From Calcarisporiella thermophila CBS 279.70 (lineage: Eukaryota > Fungi > Calcarisporiellomycota): a DNA stretch of 64,000 nucleotides. The notes beneath the pieces were generated by a model. The model was not told where the DNA came from, ran no database searches, and was given only the letters and a program-made list of their open reading frames with translations. The position numbers were made by a program, and so were the translations under genes. Where the stretch lies: assembly GCF_041956535.1 (NCBI RefSeq), contig NW_027192209.1, forward strand, positions 511,408-575,407, written 5' to 3'. Shown piece by piece: positions 24,812 through 38,191 of the stretch (position 1 is its first letter; each line of letters starts with the position of its first letter).

Positions 24812-26678
24812 ATGGTAAAGTCAAAACCTGGGCGATCGATCAATCCGGCCGATGCGCATCGTAAGTATATTGATTCTTAGGTATGAATCAATGGCCCTTG
24901 ATGTCTGAGTCAATTTCAATCGATAGGCAAGGCGATGCGAAAGAGAGAACTGAAAAAGGTAAGTTTTCAATGCTACCAATAATTCGCTTAATTGTAGAGA
25001 TAATTAAGTGATTCTATCACTATATCTTTATTAATAGAATAAATTGGAGCGAAAACGAGTACGAGAAATTACCATGGCCCAAAAAGATACTTCAAAACTC
25101 GAGGGTGAAATCAATAGATATAAAGCTTTGTGTAAGTTTGGTTGTTTAATGTCGAGGTGTCTTGGATTAATTAAATTTCATCCTAAACTCATAAATCAAA
25201 TAGTAAAAGATAATAAACTTGACAAGAATGGACGGGCTAAGCTGCAGCAGCTACAGGATCAGCTATCACGTATAAAGAAGATCAAAGAGGAACATGGGAT
25301 TTCAACTCAAAAAGAGTAAGACTGCCCTCCTTGTACATAGATTGCACTAGCACAGAATAGTTCTTAACCTCTCTATATTCAGGGCTGAAGATACTACGTC
25401 AAAAAACCCTTTTGAGAAAAACCCCGAGGCTTCGCCCTACTACCACCCACTCTTTAACCCTACAGGGATGCCTCCTCCGGGCGCCTTCCCTGTGTATCCA
25501 ACTGGGTATGAACAACAGAAAGATGAGGAAAAGGATGAAGATGAAGATGAAGATGAATATGAAGAGAGTGATGACGAAGATATGTCTGAAGATGAATCAG
25601 ATGGCAATGGTAATAAACTCTCCGAGAATGAGTGATAAATATCTTAGTTCTTATTTGTTTTAACCTTTTAGAAGATTCGCAGAGCGTGGCAAGCGGTGAA
25701 TCCCTTCCCTCATTGCCTGATGGAGAGCCGCCACAAAAGTCACAGGACGATTTAGACGACTTACCTGATCTCCCACCAGAACCCGCACCTAATGAAGTGG
25801 GAGAAGAGCTTCCTGAACTTCCCCCAGGTCCCCCTCCTCTACCGCCCGGACCTCCTCCTGAGTTTATCCCGCATATAGCCCAATTTTCTGCACCCTCTTT
25901 TCAAGCTATCCCTCCTTATCCCCCCTCTCGGCCTCACTTCATACCCTACCCTCGCCCTCCCCCATCAAGTCAATTTCAACCCCCTAGCCGCCCGCCACCT
26001 CCCAGTGCCTATGGCCCACGCCCAATACCAATTGGTCAATTTCAGAGACCTCCACCTGCTTTCCATCGTCCGCCTCCTCCCGGCCACTACGGTCCTCGAC
26101 CACCGTTCCCTGGGCGCCCCCTGCCTGTAGGACTACCAACAGGCCCACGGGGTGCTGTCCGACCTCCGCCATCACAACCACCTTCTTCCTCAGTAAAAAC
26201 CACGTCATCGACTACAATTGCCAAGCCAAGCCCTACTGCCGTAATCTCTGCCGCTCCGCAACTAAGAAATCTTCAGAAGGAGCTGACAACCATGGTACCA
26301 ACGGCTCTTGCACGCAAAAAGCAAACAGCAAAATCCACGAAACAGACATCTGCAACTCCGTTATCCTTAACATCAACAACTTCTGCAACAACCAAAATGG
26401 GAGCAGGATTGGATAAAGTGTCTAGACCAGGGATTAGGCGGCCAGTTATCAACGCAGCTCCTGATCTTGAGGATGACGATCCAATCCCTGAAAACTTTAA
26501 TCTGAAGGATCTATTTAAAGGGGTTGTAATCCCCCCGGCAGCTTCATCCTCAACCACCCAGTCTTTATCCGCTTCCTCGAGTGGTTCGACGGCGGACGCG
26601 GGAAATACGGAAGTTAAGAAGCCAACCAGAAACGAAGAATACGAACGATTTATGAAGGAGATGGAGGGGTTGATCTAA
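24812..26678 (+). CDS. WBP11: WW domain-binding protein 11 (splicing factor), proline-rich
   Basis: INPADAHRKAMRKRELKKNKLERKRVRE; YYHPLFNPTGMPPPG; ISAAPQLRNL; C-terminal EEYERFMKEMEGLI. Confidence 0.9.
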
Positions 26679-26956
26679 AACTATTTATTGCTCATATCTC
26701 TCAACAATAAAATCAACTGCTTCTATTGGTACAATCCCCGTTATTACATGAAATTCAGAGAGAATATGACCTGATTTGACAGAATTGAATGCGCAAGGAT
26801 GCGATAATACCGCACGTTCTCCTTATTGGATTTATTGCAATTACTATCCAACTTGATCTTTTTGCGTCCGCAAGGACAGATAGTTTTTAAATTTTATTGC
26901 CATTTTTAATCCGTGGGAAGTTCAAAGAACGGTTGATTCAAATGGTCTGGGCTGTC

Positions 26957-27614
26957 TTAGGAGATATGCGACCCAGCCGAGTTGCATAGCAAAATGGAGA
27001 TAGGACGAGTACAAGAGTGATTCTTGGGAGAAAGGCCGTCAGAGTAAAGGAACCATTGATTGGCTTTCTGAGGGGGGTAGGGGGAACTCGGCTGACGGTT
27101 TGGGTCAAACCCGAAATATTGCAATGATTCAAAGGTATTACGGGAATCCAAAGAATTTCGATTGAGATTTGTACACATCCGCAATAATACGCTATCCAGG
27201 AATGCCCAGTCTTCTTCAATTGCGCTGCGCAGCACATCGTGGCACCCGTCTCTTGCAACTCTCCTGCTCTTGCATGTCGAAACCCTATTAAAACTTCCCC
27301 ACTTTTTATCAGCCAATGTGAAACAACTAAAACCGTGGATGCTGCCACAGAGATCGAAAATAAATTGAATTTTAAACAGATGAAAATCGATAGATAAAAA
27401 CTCCCTTTCGCTTTTTTCCAGCCCTTTTGAATAAAAATCATTAGAAAAATGATCGTCATTCGGACGCTCAAGTGCATCAACTCTACGCATACCCATACTC
27501 CCTGCAACAACGACGAAAAGCCATTATGCAAGCTGTGTTGGGCTCGGCACTTTGCCCATGAGCAGTGCTATTGGTAGATGAGGATGAGGAGCAATCTGAA
27601 TTCTCAGAGCACAT
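26957..27614 (-). CDS. Hypothetical orphan Cys/Ser-rich protein (about 150 aa, 2 exons)
   Basis: Exon 1 27614-27493 (MCSENSDCSS...FRRCCREYG), intron GTATGC...GCTGAT...TAATAG 27492-27285, phase-compatible exon 2 to TAA at 26957; no recognisable domain. Confidence 0.35.
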
Positions 27615-29194
27615 ATTCCCAAGACGACTATATTCTTTCCTCTTTCTTTACTCCCTAATTTCCCGCCATATTGTATTTTATCACCATGGGCATTCCGATT
27701 TTCAGCTCAAAATGCATGTATTACCTTATAATGTACTCTCATTTATAAACTTGCCCACACCCACACTTTATTTTTCTATATGATGTGTTATTTACATTCA
27801 CTATTGCTATTGGGATTTTTTTTTATCATAGTTGTATTTAGTTTGTATAAAGCCAAGGTCGTTAAGCTTCTTTCAGATTAGCACAGTTGAAAATACTAAA
27901 TATTGTTCAGAATAAATTGTAATTAATATTTATGAATGAAAATCTATAACATATATGATTCGAACTGAATAGCATATGGCATGGGATGACAAAGAACAAT
28001 ACTCTACAAAACCTTCAAACTTCTATAGCACTAATCCTTCGAAAGCAACACGATTGACGCCTATATCCAACTAGAAGTATGTTAATATGTTCATTTATAA
28101 ATATCTCTCATGAAGGAATATATGCGCTCACTAACGAATCGAGATTCATGAACACCTAAGACGTCCCTTTATTGAAGTCTTCATGATATGTACAATTTAG
28201 TGCTGAATGAGAATGGAGTAGAATCTTATAAAGCAGAATCAATAAACACGGGTTCTAAGAGATAAATTTGGAGCTATTCGCGCGGTTGTCAAGTAAACAG
28301 TTCTATTAGTCATATAATATTCACCAAAATATAAGGGGGTACTTGAGGGAGGAAAAAAAGAGTAACAAATCTTCTATGGAAGATAAACCGCTCAATACAG
28401 ACAAGCAACTAAGAATCTCACACTTCATACATCCTTTTTAATAAATATTAACATTTATTTCTTTATTAATCTCGTTTAGGTCAAATATTGCAAAGTTTCA
28501 GCCTCCATCTCAGAAAAAATACCTACCGTTGTCAAAATGATGTTGCGAAATTGTAGACTAAATCTAGAAGTAGGGATAGCGATGCTTCAGGTTAGGGTGT
28601 ATTCGATCTCCGGTAATATATTCTATACTGGTTTTGCACTTTCGTATTGAAAGTAAGGGCCTTGAAAATCTGAAGTAATGGCTAGGTTCAGGTAAGGATA
28701 CCGAGGTGGAAAGATAGTAGGATAGGGATTTCTCTAATTATTCTAATAGCTCTTCATTCTCTATTCCAAATACAGCATTCTAAATTTCAGCTCTTTGGAG
28801 ATAAAAACAGCATTTTGCAGGTATTGATGGTTGGAGAAAAAACAATAGTCATATGTTAATATTATTATCCAATGCTTTCAAGCGTTTGCATATATCGAAC
28901 TATAATCTTTATAATCTTTAAGTGTTCCTTTAGTGCCAAGATTTTTTTCCTTTTGCTTCAAGAAGCATTGTATAAGCCTCGAAATATGAGCCAGTTAAAT
29001 TTATTGTGAATTTTTTACTATGGCACAAAAGTGTTCAGAGAGTGAAGTGGATATTCCATTAATGACGCAGTGTACAATGAGAAAATATGACTTACAAATG
29101 TGCACACCTCTCAATTCTTATAAAGCCAATGAATCATTTTAGAAGATGGGTTTTTTTTAACTATTTCCCTTGATACTATTCAAATCATTTCAAA

Positions 29195-30349
29195 ATGATC
29201 CACTTACTAACTTTGTCAGATGGCTCGAAGATGCCGTACCGGATTCTAGGGGAAGATTCAGAGGAGACGCCTCTGATAATGGTACAGCGTCGTTTTGCGG
29301 ACAACATTATAGTGACTCTAATATTGGCTCATTTTTAACATTAGATAAGCGGACTGTAGGATTAAAAATCCAAATATGATCAGATTAAATATATACGATA
29401 ACATAGGATGTATTTGATATAGGGGGCAGGATATGACAGTATGGTATCCTTACTGCCATGGTAGAGCATATAGAAATTTACACCTCTCTTTCTAGCCACT
29501 AATTATTCTTATATCAGAGTTTGCTAAGAGCCGTCAGGTTTTAATCTTTGATAAACGCGGAAATGGTGAATTTGTCCTCGTTCAAGGAGGTCGCATCACT
29601 CTTGAAAGAATAGCCCAAGATGTGGTAGAGCTTGCGAATCATTTGAATTGGAAAGACGTTAATATCCTTGGTTTTTCTATGGGCGGGCTGATTGCACAAA
29701 CACTAGTGACAAAGCTGGCAAATCCACTTCGTATACATAAACTGATTCTCATGGGAACGTAAGTAGTTCTCTCTTGAGCAACTATATCCTTTATACTCCC
29801 ATTTCTTGTGGTCCTTTTCCCTCAAATTACCATTTTTCAATGCCTTTTTCTTTCTTCCTATATAGTGCGCCAACTGAGCCTACTTGCTACCCATTCCTCA
29901 AAATTCTTTTCAAGACTCGAGAAATTATATTTGAAAACAATGTGGACACCCCAGATCTTTCTATTATAGCGGCTACATATCTTGCTATAGATTACACTCC
30001 ACAGTGGATCAGTGAACATCGTGAGTATTTCGATCAGGTTATTAAAGAATTTTTCAAGAGAAAACTCCCAGTCAGAACTATTTGCGCGCAGGCGGACTCT
30101 GCATTAAATTTTGATGTAAGGAGAGAATTACAAGATCTGAGAATCCCTACCTTGATTGTGCACGGAGAACATGATCGAATGGTGAGCGCTGAGCATGCCA
30201 AAATAACCCATCAGCTAATCTCTGGCTCACAATTGGTGCTATTACCCGGAGTGGGTCACACTATTTTTGAGATGTATCCAGAAATTACCATTAGGATAGC
30301 AAAATTTCTAGGAGAAAAGGTGGATTCCGCCTTTGAGAAAAGTGCCTGA
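29195..30349 (+). CDS. Alpha/beta hydrolase, 3-oxoadipate enol-lactonase-like (5 exons)
   Basis: PLIM/ISGL/GQDMTVW..FAKSRQVLIFDKRGNG, nucleophile GFSMGG, acid HGEHD, His GVGH. Confidence 0.88.
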
Positions 30350-30510
30350 ATATTTCAGTCAATTTCTTTTTATTACTGCGGCCAAAAATTAGGCTAATAA
30401 AGGAAAAATTACAATACTAACTTGATTGGCTGCCCAATTTATGGCGAAACTGAAAATACAAAGCAACGTATAATCAGAGATAATAGTTGATTAAGATATT
30501 TTGCCCTATC

Positions 30511-32028
30511 TTAACTTAGCACTGTTCCATCACGCACACATCTCCATACTCGTTCTGCTAGTTGTCTTGATCTCTTGGTGACCAAACTGGTTGCTTTCCC
30601 TCGCTTACCCGCACGGGCCGTTCTCCCAACACGGTGCAAATAGTCCACAACATTGGTTGGGAAATCATAGAGAATGATGTGTGAGGCCAGGGTATCAACT
30701 CCCCGGGATGCAATATCTGTACAAACGAGGATATCCATTTCGCCCTGTCTGAAGGCATCGAGGGTTGCCTCGCGGTCCTGGAGGCCACCGTATAAGGCCC
30801 CGGATGGATAGCCTCGGTCTTGAAGAAACGAATGTAGCAGAGAGGCACCATGCCGAGTGTTGCAAAAGATCATCGTTTTTTGTGCGTTTTGACGTAAAAC
30901 ATCGAGAAGCGCAAGCTGCTTGTTACCATTGTACTGCTTGTTGACATCGATGAAAACTTGTTGTAGACGCGGAAGTGGGCGGTGGAGTGAAGGTGTAGTG
31001 ATGCGAACGAGATGGGGGAAATTTTCCGTCAAATATGCGTGCAGGGCTTTGGGCAGGGTTGCTGACACAAAAACAGCCTCGCCACCTCTCTTTCTCACCG
31101 TCTCTACTGCTTGCTTCACCTCCGTCGCAAATCCGCCCTCCTTTTCAAGCATCGTATCGGCTTCGTCCACTATAATATACCTGGTATCATTTAAAGATAG
31201 CTCTCCCTCTTTGTACAAATCAGCTAATGCTAGAGGGGTAGAAACTAGAACATCGACTGGTTCGCTCAATGAACGTACAATGCGGCGCCGCTCCATGCGG
31301 TTTGTAAGCTCGACGGCCCGAAATTTTACGATATGTGCCAACTTCTTGCATACTTGCAATAGCTGATTAGAGAGCTCTCTGCTTGGGACTAGTACAACGA
31401 CCCGCGGTTTTCTTATTTGAGTCCTTTCGTTCACTTCGTCATATTTTATCCTCGTAATTGAGGGTAGTAGATAAGCCAGTGTTTTACCACTCCCTGTTTC
31501 TGCTGCACAAAGATATGGACCTGATTGCTTATTGGGTTTTGGAGAAGCGGAGCCAAGAAGAGAAGGAATGGCAAGGGCTTGTATGTCGGTTGGCTTAGCA
31601 TCGGGGCCGAGAAGGGTATGCACTGCAGTAAGTAAGGATGGGTAGAGATTCAAATCTTCGAAGCGTGCATTTTGCACTAGTTTTTCCATTTGTTTAACGG
31701 TAACCAGATTGGCATTGCCATCGTTTTGAGATTCAGTTTGCGCAGTCATCTTCGATTTCGCAACTTTTCGGATCGGGTCCCCGCGCTTTTCATATTTACG
31801 TGCGATTCCTGGCTTCCCGACATCGGATTCGATGGGTAGCAACTTGAACCTAGCCGGAATATGTCCTCTTGTTCGAGAAGAAATAGGGGTTGGCTTCCTC
31901 TCTCCTTTTCTTAATTTTGATCCCCGGCCCGTCACATAACGTATTGTCACATAGGAGAATAATGTCGGGGGTTGTGGTTTAAGAGGTATATGATTAAAGA
32001 TATTGGTAAGATTTCGCGATAACAACAT
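30511..32028 (-). CDS. Mitochondrial DEAD-box RNA helicase (Mrh4/DDX28-like), intronless
   Basis: AETGSGKT, PSREL, DEAD, SAT, RGVD, HRVGRTAR; basic N-terminal presequence. Confidence 0.88.
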   Translation of the reverse strand: MLLSRNLTNIFNHIPLKPQPPTLFSYVTIRYVTGRGSKLRKGERKPTPISSRTRGHIPARFKLLPIESDVGKPGIARKYEKRGDPIRKVAKSKMTAQTESQNDGNANLVTVKQMEKLVQNARFEDLNLYPSLLTAVHTLLGPDAKPTDIQALAIPSLLGSASPKPNKQSGPYLCAAETGSGKTLAYLLPSITRIKYDEVNERTQIRKPRVVVLVPSRELSNQLLQVCKKLAHIVKFRAVELTNRMERRRIVRSLSEPVDVLVSTPLALADLYKEGELSLNDTRYIIVDEADTMLEKEGGFATEVKQAVETVRKRGGEAVFVSATLPKALHAYLTENFPHLVRITTPSLHRPLPRLQQVFIDVNKQYNGNKQLALLDVLRQNAQKTMIFCNTRHGASLLHSFLQDRGYPSGALYGGLQDREATLDAFRQGEMDILVCTDIASRGVDTLASHIILYDFPTNVVDYLHRVGRTARAGKRGKATSLVTKRSRQLAERVWRCVRDGTVLS

Positions 32029-32212
32029 TAAGAAGAGATTATTCTATTGTGTGAGAAGTGAAAATACAGGCAGATATTGAAAACTAGTCACAATAACTGT
32101 CAACTATTCGTGACTGTACATTACAGGACGGCTAAATCGTCGTAGTAAACAATATTTTGCTACGCTTCGGCATCTCTTCAGCATCCCCTATATCCCTCAT
32201 TTCAGTAGTAAA

Positions 32213-35181
32213 ATGCCACCAAAATTAAAATCCAAATCCTCACGACAAAACTCTTCTTCCGCCAAGACTAAAGCCTCGTTGCCCTCTGCAACCAATGGTT
32301 CCAGCACTGGCAAGAAACGGCGTGCTGCGGAAACAGAGGAGAAGAAAAAGCGGGATGAAGAATTTTCGAATGTGAAGCTGGACATGGCTTCCGATGAGGA
32401 AGCAGAGCAAGAAGATGATAAGGATAATGAGGAAGAAGATAGTGCACAGTTACCATTTGTATTTGGAAGTGATGAGGAGGACGATGAGAATTATAGCGAC
32501 CATGGAGATTCAGAAGAGGACGAGGATGACGAGGAGGAGGAATTCGAGAGTGATGAGGAAGAGGAAGATGAGGAAGACGAAGAAGAGGAGGAGGACGAAG
32601 ATGAAGAGAACTATTCGAATGAGAATGGAATTGATGAAGCCAATTCAGATGAGGTCTCCACAGAGGTGATCCCTGAGGGCTATGTACCTTCCTTTGCAAA
32701 GCCGGGATATCTTAGAAAAGTAAGGCCGGAGATCGAGGGTGGTTATGCTAGCGATTCATCAACAGAAGAGGTAAATCATTTTCTATATTTTATCTAATGC
32801 CTGGACTATTAATTCAGCCCCATTTTAGACGACAAATACAGTCGGCAATATTCCTATGGAATGGTATGACGACTACCCCCATATTGGATATGATATTAAT
32901 GGCAAGAAGGTGATGAGACCTGCGAAAGGTGACGAGCTTGAGAAATTCCTTGCGAACATGGATGATCCAGACAGCTGGAGAACTGTGCCAGATAACTTGG
33001 AGCAACGAGATGTGAAACTAACAGAGGAAGAGTTGGATATCATCAGGAGGATACAAATGTCCGAGTTCCCGGATGCAAACTATGATCCATATGAGGTATG
33101 TGTGCTTTTGTTAATCTGTTCGAATCATTCCTGTAAAACTTATAATTAATTAACGATTTTTTAGCCAACTGTTGAATGGTTCACAAGTAAGACTGAGGTG
33201 ATGCCGCTCACGGCCAAGCCGGAACCTAAGAGTCGATTCGTTCCCTCTAAGTGGGAAGATAAACGCGTAACTATACAATTTAGGGTATTTCTACAAAGTT
33301 ATCAAAGTCTCACCGTGCTTATTCCTAGATTATGAAAATTGTTCGCGCAATTCGCGAAGGCCGCATAGTTCCTGGTCGTAAAGCACAGCAAAAGCCCCGT
33401 TTCTACAATCTCTGGACAGACAATGATACCCCTCGTCAAGACCACGTGATGCATCTTCCTGCTCCGAAGATGAAGCTTCCCGAGCATGATGAATCGTATA
33501 ATCCCCCTGCAGAATATCTGCCAACCGACGCTGAGCGTGCTGAGTGGAACGCGATGGATCCGCAGGATAGGCCGAAGAACTATCTTCCACAGAAATTCAA
33601 GAATTTGCGAAGCGTGCCAGCCTATGCGAGATTTATACAAGAGCGCTTCGAACGCTGTCTTGACCTGTACATGGCGCCTCGTGTCCGGAAGCATCGCCTG
33701 CAGATTGATCCGGAAAGCTTGATTCCCAAACTACCAAGCTTGAAGGACTTGCAGCCCTTCCCGTCACAACTTTCCATCACTTATAAAGGCCATGGCGGCC
33801 GAGTGAGGAGTATCTCGGTGGACCCCACTGGACTCTGGATCGTGTCGGGTAGTGACGATGGCACTGTGAGAATGTGGGAAGTCACCACTGGTCGCTGTGT
33901 GCGAACCTGGCAAATGGGAGGCGTGGTCCAGGCGGTGGCATGGGGAACGAATCGTGATGTGTGCGTGTTCGCTGTTGCTGTGTAAGTAGTCAAGTTTTTT
34001 TAAGAGCTGGAATAATGCAAGAGTTTATTCATGGATTTCATTCCTTTCGGTTGAATTATATATTCAGCGATGAACAAGTATTTCTCATTTCACCACCCAA
34101 GGTGTCCGATCCTCTCAAGCAAGAGTATACCGACCAATTCGTCCGAGCTGGATACGCGAATATGCCAGATGATAGCAAGTCGCATGCGAAATGGCTACGC
34201 CCTTCAGCTGCGCAAGAGGAAGAAGGCTATCGAGTCATTGTACAAGTGCCAAGGGTATTTTGCCTTAAATTATTCTCTTACAAGTTTATTTTTTGATTTA
34301 TCTGGTAAACTTGCTTTTTAGACTATCAAGCAAATTACATGGCACAGAAAGGGAGACTATTTCGCAACTGTGTCCCCTGATGGTGAGGAGTCTCTATCCT
34401 TCCTAACGGTTTGCTTGTTATCTAACTCTTCTTCTAATACCATAGCATCCAACATGTCACAAGCGGTGCTCATCCACCAAATTACCAAGCACAAATCACA
34501 ATCACCTTTCCGCAAGACTAAGGGTCTGGTTCAGCGTGTTAGCTTCCATCCTGTTAAACCACACTTCTTTGTCGCGGTACGTGACGCGTTCTTTTTTTTT
34601 CGTGAGAATATTTTCTGTAATTACTGATGATTTGGGCCATATTTTATTAGACACAAAGATATGTTCGTGTATATGACTTAATGCGACAGCAACTGATCAA
34701 GACACTGCAACCCGGTGTGAAATGGATATCTAGCGTGGACGTTCATCCTCAAGGTAAAACATTAATCTGTAGAAGAAGCACCTCTGTACCATCAACTTCA
34801 GATCCATCCTGACACATTCTACTCAACGTTTTAGGGGATAACGTTATCATCGGAACTTATGACAAACGCCTCTGCTGGTTTGATCTTGATCTTTCCGCCA
34901 AACCCTACAAGACCCTCTACTATCACACTCAGGCCATTCGCTCCGTCTCCTTCCACAAACGCTATCCCCTCTTTGCCTCCTCCAGCGACGATGGGACAGT
35001 GCACCTATTCCATGGCATGGTCTACGGTGACCTAATGCAAAATCCACTCATAGTGCCCGTTAAGGCACTGCGGGCCCATTCTCGGGTAGAGGGCTTAGGC
35101 GTGCTTGGGGTGGAGTTCCATCCGACCCAAGCCTGGATATTCTCTTGCGGCGCGGATGGGCTTATCAAGCTATGGACATAG
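32213..35181 (+). CDS. ERB1: Ribosome biogenesis protein Erb1/BOP1 (9 exons)
   Basis: Acidic N-terminus; [25 protein letters not shown]; [12 protein letters not shown]; [14 protein letters not shown]; WD40 repeats. Confidence 0.97.
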
Positions 35182-35398
35182 AGTTTTGTATGTGGGAGCG
35201 GAATTTTAAACTGTTATACTCTAAAACTATCAATGCTAATAAAGAGGGAAATAGAACCAATTCAATACGGTTGTTACCGCCCAATGTTAGTAGAAGGAAA
35301 GGAGGCTGCAATACTTCGTCATCATCTTAAGCATCATCTCTTGTTATACAACCAGGATATTTACTTTATTTAAAACTCAAAAAATATTTCTATAGCAT

Positions 35399-35812
35399 CT
35401 AGTATTCGGACATCATGATCTTCACAAACTCCTCATAGTTGATCAGACCATCACCATCGACATCTCCCTCCCTTAAGATGTCTTCAATCTCCTGCTGGGT
35501 CAAATCTTCACCAATAGCCTGCATCACCACCTTAAGGTCGTCACCGGAAAGCTGGCCATCACCGTTTTTGTCGAGAAGGGCAAAAGCCTCACGGAAAGTC
35601 GCCTCAGAATCGTTCTTTTCGTTGGCGAGATGAGCCTTAATGAGCTCAAGGAAAGCGGACTGATTGACATTGGTGTTCACATTGGAGGCGGGCTTTCCCA
35701 CGGCAGAGAGCAGGGCATTGACATCAGATGCGCAAATGCTGCCGTCCTTGTTCTTGTCAAGGATGGCGAAGGTATCCTTGTACTGGTCGACCTGAGAATC
35801 GGTAAGAGTCAT
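35399..35812 (-). CDS. Calmodulin-like EF-hand protein (137 aa, intronless)
   Basis: EF loops DKNKDGSICASD, DKNGDGQLSGDD and DVDGDGLINYEE; EF2 region deleted. Confidence 0.9.
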   Translation of the reverse strand: MTLTDSQVDQYKDTFAILDKNKDGSICASDVNALLSAVGKPASNVNTNVNQSAFLELIKAHLANEKNDSEATFREAFALLDKNGDGQLSGDDLKVVMQAIGEDLTQQEIEDILREGDVDGDGLINYEEFVKIMMSEY

Positions 35813-36266
35813 GTTGAATGAATTGTTTAGGGAGGAGAAAGAATCAAAAAAGGAGAGGGGAGAAGAAAGCGGGAAGAGATAGGGGGAAATGGAAACAGAA
35901 AATCTCTTTAGAAATAGAGGTGCAGCATGTTTACCTTTTGCCCATTCTCGGGTGAAACGGCATCCAATCAACATTTATCGAGGTCACGAAACCAATCTGG
36001 CTAAGTTGGTAATACGAGCGGGAAAATCAGTGGGTTAATTCGTCGAACTTAGGCATCAAAAGTTCTCTATTAAGAATACTGTGGTCATGAAAAAGAAATT
36101 CAAAAAAATAGAACAACATAAGCAATTTAGAAGGAGTAAAAAATAAAAAAAGCTTTGAGGAGAGAAACCCGGGTTGTTCTCCCATTTTTGTGTTAACAAA
36201 GGGAAAAAGAAATATATGTATATATACAAGAGAATACTAGAAGATACGAATAATAGTCCAAACATA

Positions 36267-38191
36267 TTATGAATACGACATGTGCATTCCGTGAGTCCAA
36301 TGGGTTTTCACCGTATATCCCACTAAATCCGCGACTCCGCCCGCAACACTTCTAAGACTCCATAGCCCTACTCTCTTCAACCTTCGCATCCTAGCCCGCT
36401 CGTCACGGGCCAGTTTTACGAATGCCTTGCCGACCTCTGCGCTAACCTCATTGACCAGCGTAGAGTCGTAGAAGGTCCAAGCGCCGTCGAAATTCGAAAG
36501 CCCGATTGAGATCTTACATTCTATGGGTACAACCGTCTCGTGGTTGTTCATGTATGCAACTACGGGGCGAATCACCGCGTTGTTCAGGTACGAGAGATCC
36601 TCATTAATCAGCGGAACAGACGCGCGCATATTGTTGAAGCGAATGGTCACGTCCATCTCGACCGCTCGTCCCTCCTCGTCCTCCTCCTCTGCACCCATCT
36701 CTCCCCCAATAACAATCTCATGTTCGCGCCCAACCCCTACCACCACAGGGCTCCCATATCCGATCAACTCTCTCAACCTGCGCCCAAGGACACGCTTGGC
36801 CTCCGAGAAGGCGTTATCTGTCCGGGTAGAGCAGTCAGGCGGGTAGAAAATGTCGGCCTGAATATCGACTGCGGCTGAAGTGATCCAGCCAAAGGGGCCT
36901 ATAACACCGCGGTTGAGGTGGTCAATGGAGACTCCATCGATTTTGAAGCGTGACTATCCAAACATTCACACCATTCACTTAGATTTGTAGCACGGTTAAT
37001 AATAGAAAGACAAATCTGCACTTACACATCGCTTAAATTTACCCTCATTCACTTTTCGGATGGCTGCCGGATCTTGGTTCTCGTATAAACTAAACAGACA
37101 TCCATCAAAGATCCCACTGATTGATTTTGCAGACAAGATGTCATAAAACAGCCACTGCTTGTTTAGGCAATCCAACTCGGCGCTAAAGATGGAAATGGGA
37201 TAAGGCCGCATACCCCCTGGCTGGTGCATTGTGATGTACACATCTTCTACACGAACTGAGGTAAGTTCGAAATCCTCCGGGGTTGCTTTACGACGCAGAG
37301 TTGCTGGGTCCGGGTAGTCTGTAGGATCGATTCGAATGTGTGAACGATCAACAAATCCGCGCACCCCCTTGACGCTAATATCCTGTACCAGTCCTTTTCC
37401 ATCCAGCCAACGCAGAAGGCTAAGAGTAACGTCAATCTGTTCCACCGTCAGGTCAAACTTCATTAGGCTCGTATTGGCCTTCTCTGTCGTTGTAGGTATA
37501 TCGGGGGATCTATCAGGTGACGAAGGAATGGCTAAAGGGGTCTCGTTATTTCGCAAAAGGTGTACATTTCGTACTGAAATCATCCCATCCTTCCAGTTTG
37601 GGACAATCGCAGACTCAAAGACAACTTCAATACCGGTCTCTCTGGTCAAATAGTTTCCTACTCTTCGCGCAACAAACTCTGTACATTTAATAGAATCATT
37701 AGGGCTCTTTATCTCAGTACCAATCCTCAATATAGTAGGAGACTACCTTGAAATTGCAGTGTATTTGCAGTTAATAAAACGACGCCAAAGAAACTCGTTG
37801 TTCCAGCAAGCACCCAGAGCGTATTACCGACAAATATCCACGAGAATAAGGCCATTATGTCATCGGTAGTCCACGGACGAACTCGCCGCATCAGAAGCCA
37901 CTTCACCCGGACACCCATGCGATTAAAAAAACCAGAGGTGGTCGCTAAAACCTCTTCGCGTGTTGGAGTAGTACGGGCATGGCGTACATTAAATACAAAA
38001 TGGGGAGGAAAATGGTGAGGAATACGATGGAGGCGATGGCGGAATACAGGATGTAAAGAGGAGAAGACGGGACTTGGCGGAAAGTTTCGGGGTGTGACGA
38101 ACAGAAATCTTTGTCGCGTGCATAAAGGAGAGCGAGTATGTGCAAATAGTCGTCCGGTGCGAAAGGTATTAGAGGAGAATGATTTCCACAT
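36267..38191 (-). CDS. MDM31: Mitochondrial distribution and morphology protein Mdm31/32
   Basis: RVKWLLMRRVRPWTTDDIMALFSW, GTTSFF, VVFESAIVPNWKDG, LFYDILSA, RRLKRVGLWSL; 2 introns. Confidence 0.93.
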
